A stretch of DNA of 64,000 bases from a virus: the IMG/VR virus record IMGVR_UViG_3300016472_000923. One strand, 5' to 3'. Shown piece after piece: positions 45,587-60,500 of this stretch (position 1 is its first letter; the number at the start of each line of letters is the position of its first letter). The notes beneath the pieces are model-generated. The model had not been told where the DNA came from, made no database searches, and saw only the letters and a program-made list of their open reading frames with translations. The position numbers were made by a program, and so were the translations under genes.

Positions 45587-48500
45587 TGGTACAACGCCGC
45601 ACAGTTGATCTACTTCCGGAAATATTTCGCACCGAAACCAATCGCCAGTTCCTAGCCGCAACACTAGATCAACTGACCGCAGAACCAAATCTCAAACGAA
45701 CCCAAGGTTATGTGGGACGCCGGGTCGGCCCGGGTGTGAACCCTGCAGACAATTATGTCACAGAACCCACGGCCACACGCCAGGATTACCAGCTTGAACC
45801 GGCTGTGACTTTCTTTGAGCCCGAAACCAACCGAGCAGTGGATGCCATCACTTATCCGGGCATGATTGATGCGTTGAATTTGCTGGGCGCTGATACCCAA
45901 CGGCAAGATCGCTTGTGGCAGAGCCAGTACTATACCTGGGACCCATTTTGCGATCTAGACAAATTTGTGAACTACAGCCAGTATTATTGGCTGCCCGCTG
46001 GACCCGATTCAGTGGATATATTCACTGGCACAGTGCCTTTGACGGATGCATGGGAAGTCACCCGTGGCCAGTCTGCTTATACTTTCAGCGATGTACCTGG
46101 TCAAAATCCCACGCTGACCTTGGTGCGCGGCGGCAACTACACATTCACAGTCAATCAAACTGGCACACCTTTCTATATACAAGCAGCGCCGGGAATATCC
46201 GGACTCATGCCCGGGACCAACAATATCAGTAGCAGGACTGTGTTGGGTGTTATCAACAACGGCGAAGACAATGGCACAGTGACTTTTGATGTGCCGTTGA
46301 AAGACGCCCAAAGTTTTTACACCAACATGCCATTTATCGGACAAGCCGCAGGTAAACCTGCTGGTACAGTGGACCTTGTCACCGATCTCAAGTTTGATCA
46401 GATCAACAATGTTTATCTCAATTCATTCCTGGCCGCCAATCCCTCGGGCATAGACGGGGTGCGCGGACTAGATGGGTTGACTGTGGCTTTCTTGAACAGC
46501 GAACCCGATGCTGAATCCGGTGGATGGTTGCGAACCACACAGTTTGATCCTACGACCCAGATGACTTTTACTGTGCCAACTGGCACACGGTCCGGAGAGA
46601 TCTCTGTAGTCAGTGCCACTGTTGACACTCTTAACGATACAGCTACTTTTTATTTTGCTGCGATCTCAGGCAGTGCACCGTTCACGCCCGGCTGCCAGAT
46701 ACAGACCACTGGTGCCAGCCCATCATCTTACAATGGCACATGGACCGTGCTGTCTTGCACAGTGGATTCTGTGACAGTAGATGCTGTTGGCCTTATCACC
46801 ACTGCCTGGACATCGGGTGGATCGTTGCAAGGACTCGGCCGATTCCAAAATCTAACAACCACGACCCCAGGAGCAGGAGTGGGCGCATTGTTGACCGTGG
46901 ATTTGCCTCCGGGATCAGGATCTTATTCAGATCTAGGCACGACCATCTCGGTCGCTGCTGCAGGATCAGGATATGCTGTGGGCGACATCATCGTTATCTC
47001 CGGCAGCCAACTTGGAGGTACATCACCGGCCAATGACCTATCATTGATAGTGACAGCGGTCAGTGAAAATGGACAGATTGGCAGTTTTGACACACAGACT
47101 TATGATCAGACCTCTGTGTTGCCAGTGGCCGATCGGTACAGCGTCTGGCTGATACAATATCAATACGACAACGACGGTAATGCCATCCTTAATCTCACTT
47201 CGGTATTGGCTGTGTCACAGCTGACCAAGTTCCGTGTGCTGTTTGGCGATCAATATGCCAACACCGCTTGGTACAAAAACGCATCAGGATATTTTGAACA
47301 GATTCCGTTGCTCACAGCCAGTCTGGATACCCTTTATTACCAAGATGCGACCAATCCTTTGTTGTTTGGCAAACTGCAGCTGGTCGACCAAGCTGATTTC
47401 ACTCCCATCAACATCGACGACATCATTGGTGCAAAAAATTATACCAGCCCCAATGGGGTGATCTTTACCAATGGACTGAAGATTCAATTCCGGGGAACCA
47501 CCAATCCCAGTAACTATAGCAATCTTGAATATTACATCGAAGGTGTAGGCAGCGGACCTGGTGTTGATGCCAGGGTGGGCTTCATCGACGGAGAAGCGTA
47601 TTTTGGGCCTTGGCATTATTATCTAGGTCAAAAACTCACAGGATCGGTACATAGCGATACTACATTCCAGCAGTACATCTACGACACTGTTGCTGAAAGT
47701 CTGTCCAATCAAGGAGCAGGATATCCTGAGGGCGCTCCGTTGCCTAATGAACCACAGTTGGGAGCGACCATTGGCAACGGTATAAAACTGCTGCCGGTCA
47801 CTGATTTCGTCACTCCTGAAACTTACACAGTCAGCGCCACGATACCGTTTGACAGCCTGCCCTACGATGTGGGCAATTATGATAGCACGCTGAACGCTCC
47901 GGTTGTGCCCGATTATCTCACAGTCAACCGGGCCAGCCGAGATCTCAACGCTTGGACACGCAGCAATCGCTGGTTCCACAGAGATGTCATACAGGCCACT
48001 GCTGACTACAATGGCCAGATCGCAGTGTTTGACAATGCTGCCAGGGCTAAGAGACCCGTGATTGAATTCCGGGCTAACATGAGATTATGGAACACTGGCA
48101 CCCAAGGCAAGCAGCCGGTCAACATCATAGATTTTACGCAACTCAATGCGCTGTTGAATGTCAACGGCAGCACTTTTTATGCTACCGATGGATACCCATT
48201 GGTCGACGGCTCCACGATAATCTTTGCTGCTGATCAAGATCCGGATGTACGCAACCGTGTGTATCTCGTGAGATTCATTGACCCCGACGGTGTTAGTACC
48301 ACGGCCCCCATCATTGATCTGATTCCCTTGCCGTTTGGCCAGGCCCTGGTAGATCAGAATGTTGTCATACTCAGCGGCAACACCCTGCAAGGCAAATCCT
48401 ATAGATTTGATGGAACGGATTGGGTATCGGCCCAGCAAAAAACCAGCGTCAATCAAGCACCACTGTGGGATGTATTTGATAGTCTGGGGCGCAGCCTGGG

Positions 48501-51500
48501 CGATAGAGATGCCTATCCATCTACCACATTTGAAGGAACAAAGTTATTTGGGTACGCTTTGGGCGGAACCAGCCAGACCGATGAGGTGTTGGGCTTTGCT
48601 CTCAAGTATCTCAACATCAACAATGTGGGCGATATAGTATTTGACAACTATTTTTACAATGATACTTTCTTGTATGTGCAGAACAATGTCAGCACTACAG
48701 AAAATATAAGTGCAGGCACAGCCAGACAGTACATCGATCGCACCCTGTTTTCTGATCTCATTGGTTGGCAAACAGCAGCACAAGAAAATCGCAGCCGCCA
48801 GATTTTCCGATTCGTGTTTGACGGCACACCATTGATCCTGGATGTACCCATAGATCAGGAGTCGGTGTTCGCTCCCTTGCAGATATTCCAAGGCACAGAG
48901 TTTATAGATCCCACGCAGTACAGTGTTACTTTGCCGGGAGATGGTAGCACCGTGATTACCTTGACGGATTCTCCGATCATCGGTGAGATCATCGAAGTAC
49001 AGGCCATCAGCGATGTTGCGTCCGCTGTGGCGTTTTACCAAGTTCCTTTGAATCTGGAAAATAACCCTCTCAACGAGGACAGCTCCTCTTTTACTCTGGG
49101 AACCATCCGCACTCATTATCAAGGTATCGGACAGAATCTGCGTACCATCCAAGGGCCCATTGACGGTGCCAACAACACTCGTGACCTTGGAGACATCCTG
49201 ATCTATGGCGACAACATCGTCCAGCACAGTTCACCTTTGACGCTAGCGGGTAGTTTCCTGCGCCGGCGGCAGTATGAAGCCGCAGCCGCCATCCAGTTCA
49301 ATAGCAACGAGTATCAGAAATTCAAAGCCAGACTCATCTCATTGGCAACCAACGGTGACTATGTCAATAACACACCCACACAGGTGCTAGATACAGTTTT
49401 AGATGAGATATCATCTACCCGTACTGACATCAGTCCCTTCTACTGGTCGGATATGTTACCGCATGGTGGCAACTACATCACGACGACTTACACCTATTCA
49501 GTCATATCCACACCAACATTTCCTACTCAGCTGACATATAATTTTACTCAAAGCAATTATCAAGCATTGAGCGTTTATCTCAATGGCACGCTGCTACAGC
49601 GTGGCATCGATTACACTGTGGCCGAAGACGCAGCCAATTTCACCATCACGGCCACATTGGCCGTGGGCGATATCATAGTTGTTAGAGAATATTCCACAAC
49701 TTATGGCAGTTATGTTCCTAACACGCCAACAAAGATGGGCCTTTACGGTGCCTATCGACCAGAGATATATCTCGACGAGACCTATGTCACTCCCACACTG
49801 TGTATCCGTGGGCACGATGGGTCAGTCACTGTGGCCTATGGCGACTATAGAGATGATGTCTTGCTGGAATTTGAAAATCGTATCTATAACAATCTCAAGA
49901 TCGTGACACCTGTGCCGTTGACTGTAGACGAAGTTGTACCTGGCCAATTCCGCGAGACTGAATATTCACTACAAGAAATCAATACCATATTGGCTCCTGA
50001 TTTCCTCAGTTGGATTGGCTGGAACAAACTCAACTATACCGAGCAGACTTATCTCGGCGACAACGGCTTTACCTGGAACTACAGCCAAAGTGCTAACAAG
50101 CTGTCGGGAGAACCACTACTGGGCGCTTGGCGCGGCATCTACAACTATTTCTATGACACCATCTATCCCAATACCAGACCTTGGGAGATGTTGGGATTCA
50201 GCGAAGAGCCCACATGGTGGCAAGATTACTATGGTCCAGCACCTTACACCTCAGGCAACACAGTGCTGTGGCAGGATCTCGCCCAAGGACTGGTACGAGA
50301 TCCCAATGGTGAGTATGTCCTGCCTCAATATGTGAGACCAGAACTTTTATCTGTTATTCCCAGTGATACCGAAGGTGCGCTGATTCCACCTATAGATTCT
50401 ACTGTAGGAAACTATGACCAGACATCGTTCCGTCGTAGTTGGACCTTTGGCGATGATGGCCCTGTTGAAAGCTCCTGGCGCACTTCATCGGCCTGGCCGT
50501 TCGCAGTCATGCGACTGCTGATGTTGACCAAACCTGCTAAATTCTTCAGTTTGTTTGCAGATAGAGACCGGTATGTGTTTGATCAGACTTTGGATCAATA
50601 TCTATGGAATCAACGCTACAGACTTAACTCTTCGGATCTTGGCCCTCTCTATGGAGATGGAACCAGCAGAGCCAGCTACATCAACTGGGTCATAGATTAC
50701 AACCGACAGTTGGGAGTCAACAGCACCGATGTACTCACCGACTTCTTGGCCAACACCGATGTACGCCTGGCCTGGCGTGTGGCTGGATTTACAGACAAGC
50801 GTTTGATGAAGATCTATACTGAGAGATCCACACCCAACAGCCAGAACGCCAGTCTGCTGCTGCCGGACGAAAGCTACCAGATCCTGTTGTACAAAAATCA
50901 GCCTTTCCAACAAACGGCCTATAGTTCTATCATAGTACAGACCACTACAGATGGTTGGCAGGTCTTTGGTTACAGTGCATTCGCTCCTTATTTCCAAATC
51001 CTCACCAGCATACCCAACGGAAATACTTTCTTGGTCGAAGCCGGCGGCGCATCGGCCAGGATCGCCTTGGATCACAGTGATCAAGTGGTGCAGGTACCTT
51101 ATGGATATACTTTTACCAATCGTACAGCGGTATGCGATTTCATCTACAGTTATGGATTGTTCCTTTCGCAACAGGGATTTGTCGTCAACACCCAAGAAAA
51201 TGGTTACATCATGGATTGGGTACAGATGTGCCAGGAATTCTTGTATTGGTCCAATCAAGGCTGGGCACCGAATTCTATAATCAATCTCAACCCTGGCGCT
51301 GTAAAAATATCAGTCACGAGCCCTGGCGCAGTGGTGGATAGCCTAGTAGATCTAAGGCCGGAAAATCTCGTACTCAATCAAAATCGCCAACCGTTGCCTA
51401 GCAGCGAACTCGTGATCGAACGGTTGGACAACACATTTGTTGCACAGACATTGAGCTCCAACACTATCAACTATCTCAATGTCAACTTGACCGCATATGA

Positions 51501-54500
51501 ACATCTAGTGGTCTTGGACAACGTGTCTATATTCGCTGACTTGATCTATCAACCTGTCACTGGCGCACGACAGAGCAGGGTTCTGGTGTCGGGCTACATT
51601 TCAGGTGATTGGAACGGCACAGTCAATGCTCCTGGATTCGTCCTCAATCAAAGTGGTAGTATCATTGAATGGGTGCCCAATCAGAAATATACCAAAGGAC
51701 AGATCGTAAAATTCAAGAACGAATATTGGGCTGCATCCACAATCATAGAACCATCTCAAGAATTTGATTACACCTTGTGGCTCAAGAGCGATTTTGACGA
51801 GATCATGCAAGGACTCCTGCCCAACGCTGCCAACGCCAGTGATCAGTTGGCCCAGGCATACTCAGTGTTCTCTGCCAACCTAGAATCCGAAGTGGATCTT
51901 TTCAGCTATGGACTCATTGGGTTCCGGCCTAGAGAATACATGCAGGCCCTTAATATCAGTGATGTCAGCCAGGTACAATTGTACCAGCAATTCCTCGGCA
52001 GTAAAGGCACACTGAGATCGGCAGAAATATTCAGCTATGCTGACCTAGGCAAAGAAACAGCGCAGTACGATATCTATGAGTATTGGGCCATCAACCGGGC
52101 AGAATATGGCGCCACTGCCAACAGAAATTATATCGAACTAAGGCTTAAACAGCAGAACCTTTTGTCAGATCCATCCTTGATACAGGTAATTGATCCTGCC
52201 CAGACCAGCGAAGCAGATGAAACTGTGCTGATCAGTGAAATCTGGAAGTCCAGCGACGTCATAACATCGCCCGATTATCTGCCTACCACGCTGATATCAG
52301 CTGCAGATGCTGTGTTCCCAACTGCAGGTTATGTCAATCTAGATGATGTTGATTTTTCTGTCATGGAGTTGCGTAATGCCACGCCGGCAGAACTGTCAAT
52401 TACTGGCAGCGGTGACACAGTCTGGGTGGCCAAAGTCAACAACTACGACTGGAGTGTTTATAGGATCCAGTCGTTGGTTCCTGTTGTCGTGGCTGTATCT
52501 GATAACCTTGATGGTCAATCATTGGTACAGTTCAATCAAAATCATGGCTTAGTGGCCGGTGACTGGTTGATCATCCGCGAATTCAATGATACGGTCAACG
52601 GCGCCTATAGAATAACGAGTGTGCCATCGTTATCCACTGTGCTGATCAATCTTTTGATCACAGGACAGCAGACTACTATCACAGGCACTGGCATAGCTTA
52701 CACATTGCAGACTGCAAGGGTGGCCCAGGCATCTGATGTAGCCAGTCTACCTTATGCCAACATATTGACAGCGGGCAATCGTGCCTGGGTCGACGATGAT
52801 GGTACTGGACATTGGGAAGTTTTGGAAAAGACCGATGTTTTCTCTCTCAACGACCAAACGCAGTTCAGTCCCGAAACACCTCTTGCCAATGATCGGTATG
52901 GAACCAGTTTGACACAAGGATTTTACAATCTGGCAGCCATGGTTGGTGCACCCGGCTATTTGGTCGCCGGTGACGACAGCGCACTGAAACCGGCTGGAGG
53001 TGTGTATCTTTATACCAAGGCCTCAGCCACTGCTGGGTTTGAATTTAATTACATCCAAATACTCACCACGCCCGACACAGCAGGTTACGGTTCCAGCATG
53101 GACATGGGCGATCAGACTTGGGCAGTGATCGGAGCGCCAGGCAGCGATGCCGAACGGGGCTATGCAGCAGTGATCTATAATCCGCCTACGAGTACAGCTT
53201 TCACACAGACACAATTGTTACTGGGAGCTCCTGAGGATCGATTTGCCACCAGCTTATCTGTCACAAACAATGAAAGATGGATCTATGTGGGCGCCCCCGG
53301 CAACGATCGTGTGTATGCTTATGCACGCATCGATGTTGAATCTCAATCTGTGAGATATGTAACCACTGGATTGACAGCCACATTCAACTACAGTAATAAT
53401 ATCGTAGTAGACGAATCATCTGCAGCAGATCAATTGGTAGTCCTGCTCAACGATCAAGAGTTAGTGCCAGGAGTTGATTATATCACTGGTGTTGGATCTG
53501 TGTTGCTGACCTCCACTCCTGTGGTTGGACAAACTTTGGTGATATCTCGTCGCGCCAACGTCACATATATTGGTGATGGCAGCACCACTACTTTTTCTGT
53601 TGACAACATTTACACCCTTGCCGATCTGGTCAATCAGCCTGAAGCAGTAACGGTGTTCGTAAATGATGTGCTGCAGCGGCTAGACATAGATTATGTCATC
53701 ACAGGTGCTGGCGAAGTTGATTTCATGGTCGCACCCACGCTGGGATCTCCCATCAGGCTCTTGTCGGGTACATATTTCCGTCGAGTACATACCATACAAG
53801 GGACCACCTTGAGCTCACCAGCACAATCGGGCTCGGAATTTGGTCGTTCTGTGGCTACCACTACCAATGGTCGATCGGCCATCATTGGTTGCCCCTATCA
53901 AGATGTCACTGTTGACGGTGATACTTTTGTCGATGCCGGCCAGGTATTCATCGTCAATCGCTCAGTGCAAAATCTTCAAGTCACTGATGCATCGACACAG
54001 ACTTATGCTTCAGTTAGAGATTTAAGCGCGACCAATGCTCCTATCTCTGTGCAAGTCAATGGAACATATCTTGTAGAGGACAACGGTTATAATCTCGCAC
54101 CGCAATATTCGGTGAACTATGCTGCAAATACCGTGACCATCGATGGTATTGATCTCTCGGTAGGTGATGTGATAACCATAGAATCCAACAACTTTGATCT
54201 CGTGCAGGTGATCTCATCTGACAGTCCATCCACCGGCGCGCAGTTTGGCTGGGACGTCGATCAGTGCATCAATAATTGCAGCGTGTACATCGGTGCCCCT
54301 CAAGACAGCACTATATTGCCCAAGGCCGGCCGAGTGGAATTTTGGCAGAACAGTGCCCGGGTGTTTGGTACTATCACTAGCCCAGTGGCCGGGGAAATAT
54401 CATTGACTGCTGATCAATACATCAGCATCAATGGTTATTTGGTACAACTATCTGACCCTCCCAATCACGACAGCAATGCCACATATATCGCTGGAGACAT

Positions 54501-57500
54501 TGTAGCGTCCGGCAGCAACCTGTTTATCGCACAGAGCTCAGTGCCCTCTGGCACAGCCATTACCGAAACAGCTTACTGGCGACCAATCAACTGGAGCAAG
54601 GTCTTATCTCAGGACATAATCGATGCTGCTGTGCCCAATGCCACAGCCTCTGTGACCGCCGATCTTGATTTCATTGGAGATGCGACTACCAAGCAATTCA
54701 CCATTGGTTCCTTGTATGACAGCACCGACACTCCATTGGTCTATGTCAATAATGTAAAGAAAACTGTCAACGTCGATTACACAATAGACACGGTGGAAGG
54801 CACATTGGATTTTGTCACTGCTCCTGCCAGTGATGCAGTGATCACAGTGATTGGCAGTCAGTTGGTAGTATCAGTGATCAACGCAGCGGCAGCACCCGCA
54901 GGTAACAAGTTAGAGATAGTGCCTGGCAGTTCAGCAGATGGAACCACTGCTGGAACCCTGTTCCAGGATTTGGAATTTGATACCAATGATTATGTCGCTA
55001 TACAAACCATCACCAGTCCTTTACCACAGGACTATGCTTACTTTGGTTACAGTGTGTTTATCAGCGACCGAACAACAGATCTGGTGGTAGGAGCGCCCAA
55101 TGCATCAGTAATACAGCCCACCACCTTTGACGACAATACCACAGTGTTTGATGCTCAGAGCACTACATTCTTCAACAGCATCAGCAACAGCGGCGTGGTT
55201 TATACTTTTGATTACCTTTCATCGTCCACAAACACACAGGCCAATCCTGGACAATTTGCGTTTGGTCAACAGATCTATGATCAAAATATTGACAGCGGCG
55301 ACGAGTTTGGCGCCGCATTGAATTATACCACTGGTGTGCTGCTGGTGGGATCTCCTGGTACCGATGTCAACGGAGAAACCAATGCCGGTGACATCCACGA
55401 GTTCAACAATGTATCTCAACTTCCTGCTTGGACAGTGATCCGTCGTCAGACCCCAGTGGTAGACATCGATCTCATGAATACCATATTCATCTATGATCGG
55501 ATAACCAACGCTCCCAAACAATACTTTGATTTCTTTGATCCTTTACAAGGCAAACTCTTGGGTGTAGTCCGCCAAAATATTGATTATATTGGTGCGGTGG
55601 ATCCTGCGGCCTACAATGTAGGATCATTGAACAATTACGGTCAGCGATGGGCACAAGATCGTGTGGGACAGATGTGGTGGGACACTAACAACTGTCGTTT
55701 CATCGATCCCAATCAAGACGACATAGTATATGCCAGCCGTCGCTGGGGACAGTTGTTCCCCGGCAGCACAGTGGATGTCTATCAGTGGACAGCAAACAAT
55801 GTGCCACCAGCCCAGTACACAGGATCTGGCACAGTCAAGGATGTCAATAGTTATAGCGTGACCAGTGCTATCAATGAGCAAGGGTTATTTGAAACCACTT
55901 ATTACTATTGGGTCCGCAGTGTGCGCCAGGTCAACAGGGCCGCAAGAAAGACCCTCAGTGCCGAGACAGTGGCTCGCTATATCGAAAATCCCAAAGCCTC
56001 GGGCATATCGTATCTCGCTCCTATCAATGCCAGCACCGTGGCCATATACAATGGCTTACCATATATCCAGGCCGAAGATACCATACTGCACATAGAGTAC
56101 GACCAAGAACTCAATGACGATGCAGTGCATACAGAGTTTGCGCTGATACCCCAAGATCGAGCCGACGGATTCTTGGACGCACAACTTTACAGGAAATGGC
56201 AAGACAGTTTCTGTGGTGTTGATTCGACTGGCAATCCGGTACCTAACCCCTTGGCACCCATCAGCCAAAAATATGGCACGGCATTCCGACCACGGCAGAG
56301 CATGTTCGTCAACAGGTTCCTGGCCCTGGAAAACTATCTCACGCAAGCGAATTCCGTAATGGCCGCGCTGCCGATAGCTGAAATTAGAGAATTTCCGTTG
56401 CTGTTCAGCGAAGAACCAATACCACCCGCTGGATCAGGCGCGTGGGATGCTCAGGTAGCCAATTACACAGAGCTCACATATCAGAATCTAGATCAGGTAC
56501 CTCTGGGATATCTGTATCTAGTGGATATTGATTCCAACAACGATGATCTTTGGACCATATATGAAGTCACACAAGGCTTGACGCCCGGCAGCAGAGAACT
56601 CGCATTGGTCAGGGTCCAAAATTACAATACTCGGTTGTATTGGGATTACATCGATTGGTATGCCGAAGGATTCAGCGCTCTTGACACTGTGTCTGTTGAA
56701 GTGGCTAACTATGCAGATCTCGCATCTCTAAGTGTGTCTTCGGGTACGCTTGTCAAGGTCACTAACAATAATCGCGGCAAATACGAAATCTATCAATATG
56801 ATGGCAGCATCTGGATACGGGTAGCACTGGAAGATGGAACCATAGCCATTAACCCTGAAATCTGGGATTACGGCATAGGGCGCTTTGGGTTTGATGTTGA
56901 AGTGTTTGATGCGCAATACTTTGACCAGGAGCCAGTGATAGAAACTCGCAAGATCATCCAAGCTTTGAATGAAGAGATCTTCATCGATGATCTAGCCATA
57001 GAACGCAATCGCTTGCTGATTTTGATGTTTAACTACATCCTGGTCGAGCAAGAAGCTCCATTATGGTTGACCAAGACTTCCTTGGTCGATGTCGATCACA
57101 AAGTTCGTGAACTGCTGCCCTTCCAGATATATCGTGCTGATAACCAAGATTTCGTATTGAATTACATCCAAGAGGTCAAACCTTATCACACGCAGATAAG
57201 AGAATTCAATCTCATATATCAGGGCAGCGATGTATTCCAAGGCACTGTGACAGATTTTGATGTGCCTGCCTATTGGAATACCGCCGAGGGCATGTTCATC
57301 AGTCCTGTGCTAGATGACAATGCCAACGTGCCTTTGAGCACCACATCCAGTGTGCCCAGTTCCGATCCTATATGGCAGACTTTGCCTTGGAGCCAATGGT
57401 TCCAAAATTATCTGCTGACCTTTGAAAGCATCACTGTGATCGATGGAGGCAGCGGGTATACAGACCCACCAGAAGTCATCATCGGAGAAGCATGGCAACC

Positions 57501-60500
57501 GTCTACTACCTATGCACAAGGTCAACAGTTTTACTACGATGGTAGACTGTACACAGTGCAACAACCCGGAGTGACCGGTATTGTCGCCCCGACCTTCTCC
57601 TCTGGCACAAGGCTCAACGGCACGGCTCTGCTGGCCTATGCTGGCGAGCAAGCACAAGCTACTGCCATCGTGAGTTCCGCAGGTGTAGTGCTCAGCATCA
57701 CACTGACCAATGCTGGATCCGGATATCTAACTACTCCCATGATCGTCCTGTCAGGAGGAAACGGTACTGGTGCCAGGGCTACTGCAGTCTTGGCAAATCC
57801 GTTGGTAAGAGGGTTGACAACCACGATCAAGTACGATCGTTACCAATATTCATCTGATATCACTGATTGGACAGCCAATGTCAGTTACAGCCAAGGCACT
57901 CAGGTCCGGTATGCTGGAGAGGTTTGGGAAGCTGATGCCACTGTGTCATCTGCAGCATTTGATCCCGACGATTGGACAGTGGTGCCAGCCGGGGACCTCA
58001 GTGGCGTAGATCGCACACAAGGTTACTACGATCCATCAGTGAACATGCCTGGCCGAGATTTGGCCTTGCTGATGACCGGCATTGACTATCCGGGTGTGCA
58101 AGTAGATGCGCCTGACTTTGATGCCAATGCAGGATTTGATGTGGGTAATTTTGATATCTACCCATTCGACAATCTCATACTGGGCCCGGAGGGCCTGCCC
58201 ACATATGATCCATCCATACTGGATGCCATCTATGAAAGTTCGTTCACAGATATCTACCTTGGTACGAGAGTCACTGACATCAATGTAGATGGTGGACAAT
58301 TCGTTGATACCTACAGCAGCCATGCGCCAGAAGAACTCATACCAGGTGCTATATTTGATACCTTGGATCTAAGAGTTTACACAACACCCGGTGCCGACTG
58401 GACTGGAGATGGTCATGGATTCCCATTGTATGTGATCACTGCCCCATATGATGGATCTCCCATTTCGTGGTCCGGCCTATTAGACAACCCATTTGTGGTC
58501 TTAGTCTACAATGAAAGTACAGGACAGCGGCTTATCGAAGGCGAAAATTATACCGTAGATTGGGTTAATTTTACTATCACAGTCACACAAGGAATTACCT
58601 TGGGTAATTTTTTAACAGTCAAGGTATTTGGCCTGGGCGGAGGCAATCAGATTTTCGTAACCAATGTCGTGGGCGATGACACAGATTCATACACCATTGA
58701 CATCGATTACAACCTCATCAACAGCATGGTGATATTTCAGGACGGTGTGGAGACAGCTGATTACACTTACGCGCCACGCTACGAAACCTCCGGTGTGACC
58801 ACTGGCATTAGTTCAGTTTCCGGTCAGGTACTGGCAGTGACCAGCACAGTGGGTATAGTAGAAGGCAGCTTGGTCGGCAACCCCGGCTATACTTCGGGTC
58901 AGACAGTGACTTCTATAGTGGATTCGACCAGCGTGGTTACCAGTGCTGGACCGGACTCTGCACCTTCGGGTCAGGTCACATTCCGTCCCTATACCTATAC
59001 TACTCAGATTGAGTTTGGATCAGAGATTCCAGCGACTTCTCGCCTGTCTATATCGGCTTTGGGCAGTGGCGATCCGACCACCAACAGTTGGAGCACCCCG
59101 GTGGTTACCAACTACACTGCTGCCAGTGGATTGACATTCCCGTTGACGGTAGCACAGACACAGGGTACCAATCCTGTGAACTTGATCGTGGATGTAAATG
59201 GACTGAGAGCCAGGCCGGCCGAAGGCGTGCAATATATCAGCGATGGCAGCACTGTCACATACACTTTGCCTTTGCGCGGAGGATACCTCACTGGCGGCTT
59301 TAATCTGGGTAACGTGGTCACTGGCAATGTATCGGTCTACATCGATAATGATCCTTTGCCCAATACTGACTGGGTACTGGATGCCTATGTGGCTAACAGT
59401 GAAACACGCAGTATCACACTGGATTCGGCCGCTGGCAACGACAGCGTGATCTTGATCAGCGTGGATTACGCTGCTGATTATGTTGTGAATGGCAACAATC
59501 TCATATGGAAGACTTCTGATCCCAATGTGGTCGGTCCCAGTATTTCTGTGGTTCCAAGCATAGGGGATACTGTCAGCATAACAACTTTCAATGACACTGC
59601 GGAGCAAAACTTGTTGACGCAAGTTTTCCAAGGTCCTACCACAGAAGGAGTTTTTGTAGGCGAAGGATTCGATTTTGGAACTGCCAACTCCTCTCCGGGC
59701 AGTTACGACTATGCTGGAATCTACAGCACCACTGGTTCAAACGTCATCGTGGGCGCAGATAGACTGTGTGATGGTATCGTTTACACGATCATCAACTCTG
59801 GCAATACAAACTTTACCTTGTATGGCGCAGCGTCAAATGCAGCATTGACAGTGTTCACTGCCAACGTCACTGCCAATGGCAATGTGGCTATTTTTGGTAC
59901 AGGCACAGTCAGCACCTTGGCCTACGAGCGATCTGCAGCCAGCGATGCAAACAATGGACAGCCAGACAGTTTTGACTTCGCTAACGTGGTGCCTGTTGAA
60001 ACCAATCGATTTGACATAGGACAGACCATCACCGACGACGGTCGATTGACTGTCACCCTGGATTCCTATTACCTTACCCCGGGACAAGACTTTGTCACAG
60101 AGGGCAGCAACTTGGTAATTTTAGGCCCAGTGATCTCTTCGGCCATGGTGTTATCTGTGACCAGCATGACCAATACTGCTATACCGGGCTCGGAAGCCTT
60201 CCGTATATTCCAAGACATGCGGGGTCAGCAGCTGTCATACCGTATCACTGCAGAAACCAGCACTGCGCTCGCTGCCGATCTGTCTGCTGTCGGGGACGTG
60301 ATCTATGTAGAAAACGCCAGCCACCTGAGCGAACCTAATCTGGAGTTGGGCCTGCTAGGCCAGATTACGATAAATGGAGAACGCATCCTTTACAGGCAAC
60401 GAGACACAGTGGCCAACACTGTCAGCGGCCTCCGTCGTGGTACTTCTGGCACAGGCGCAGCTGATCATTCAGCAGGCACACCTGTGTATGACATTGGCAT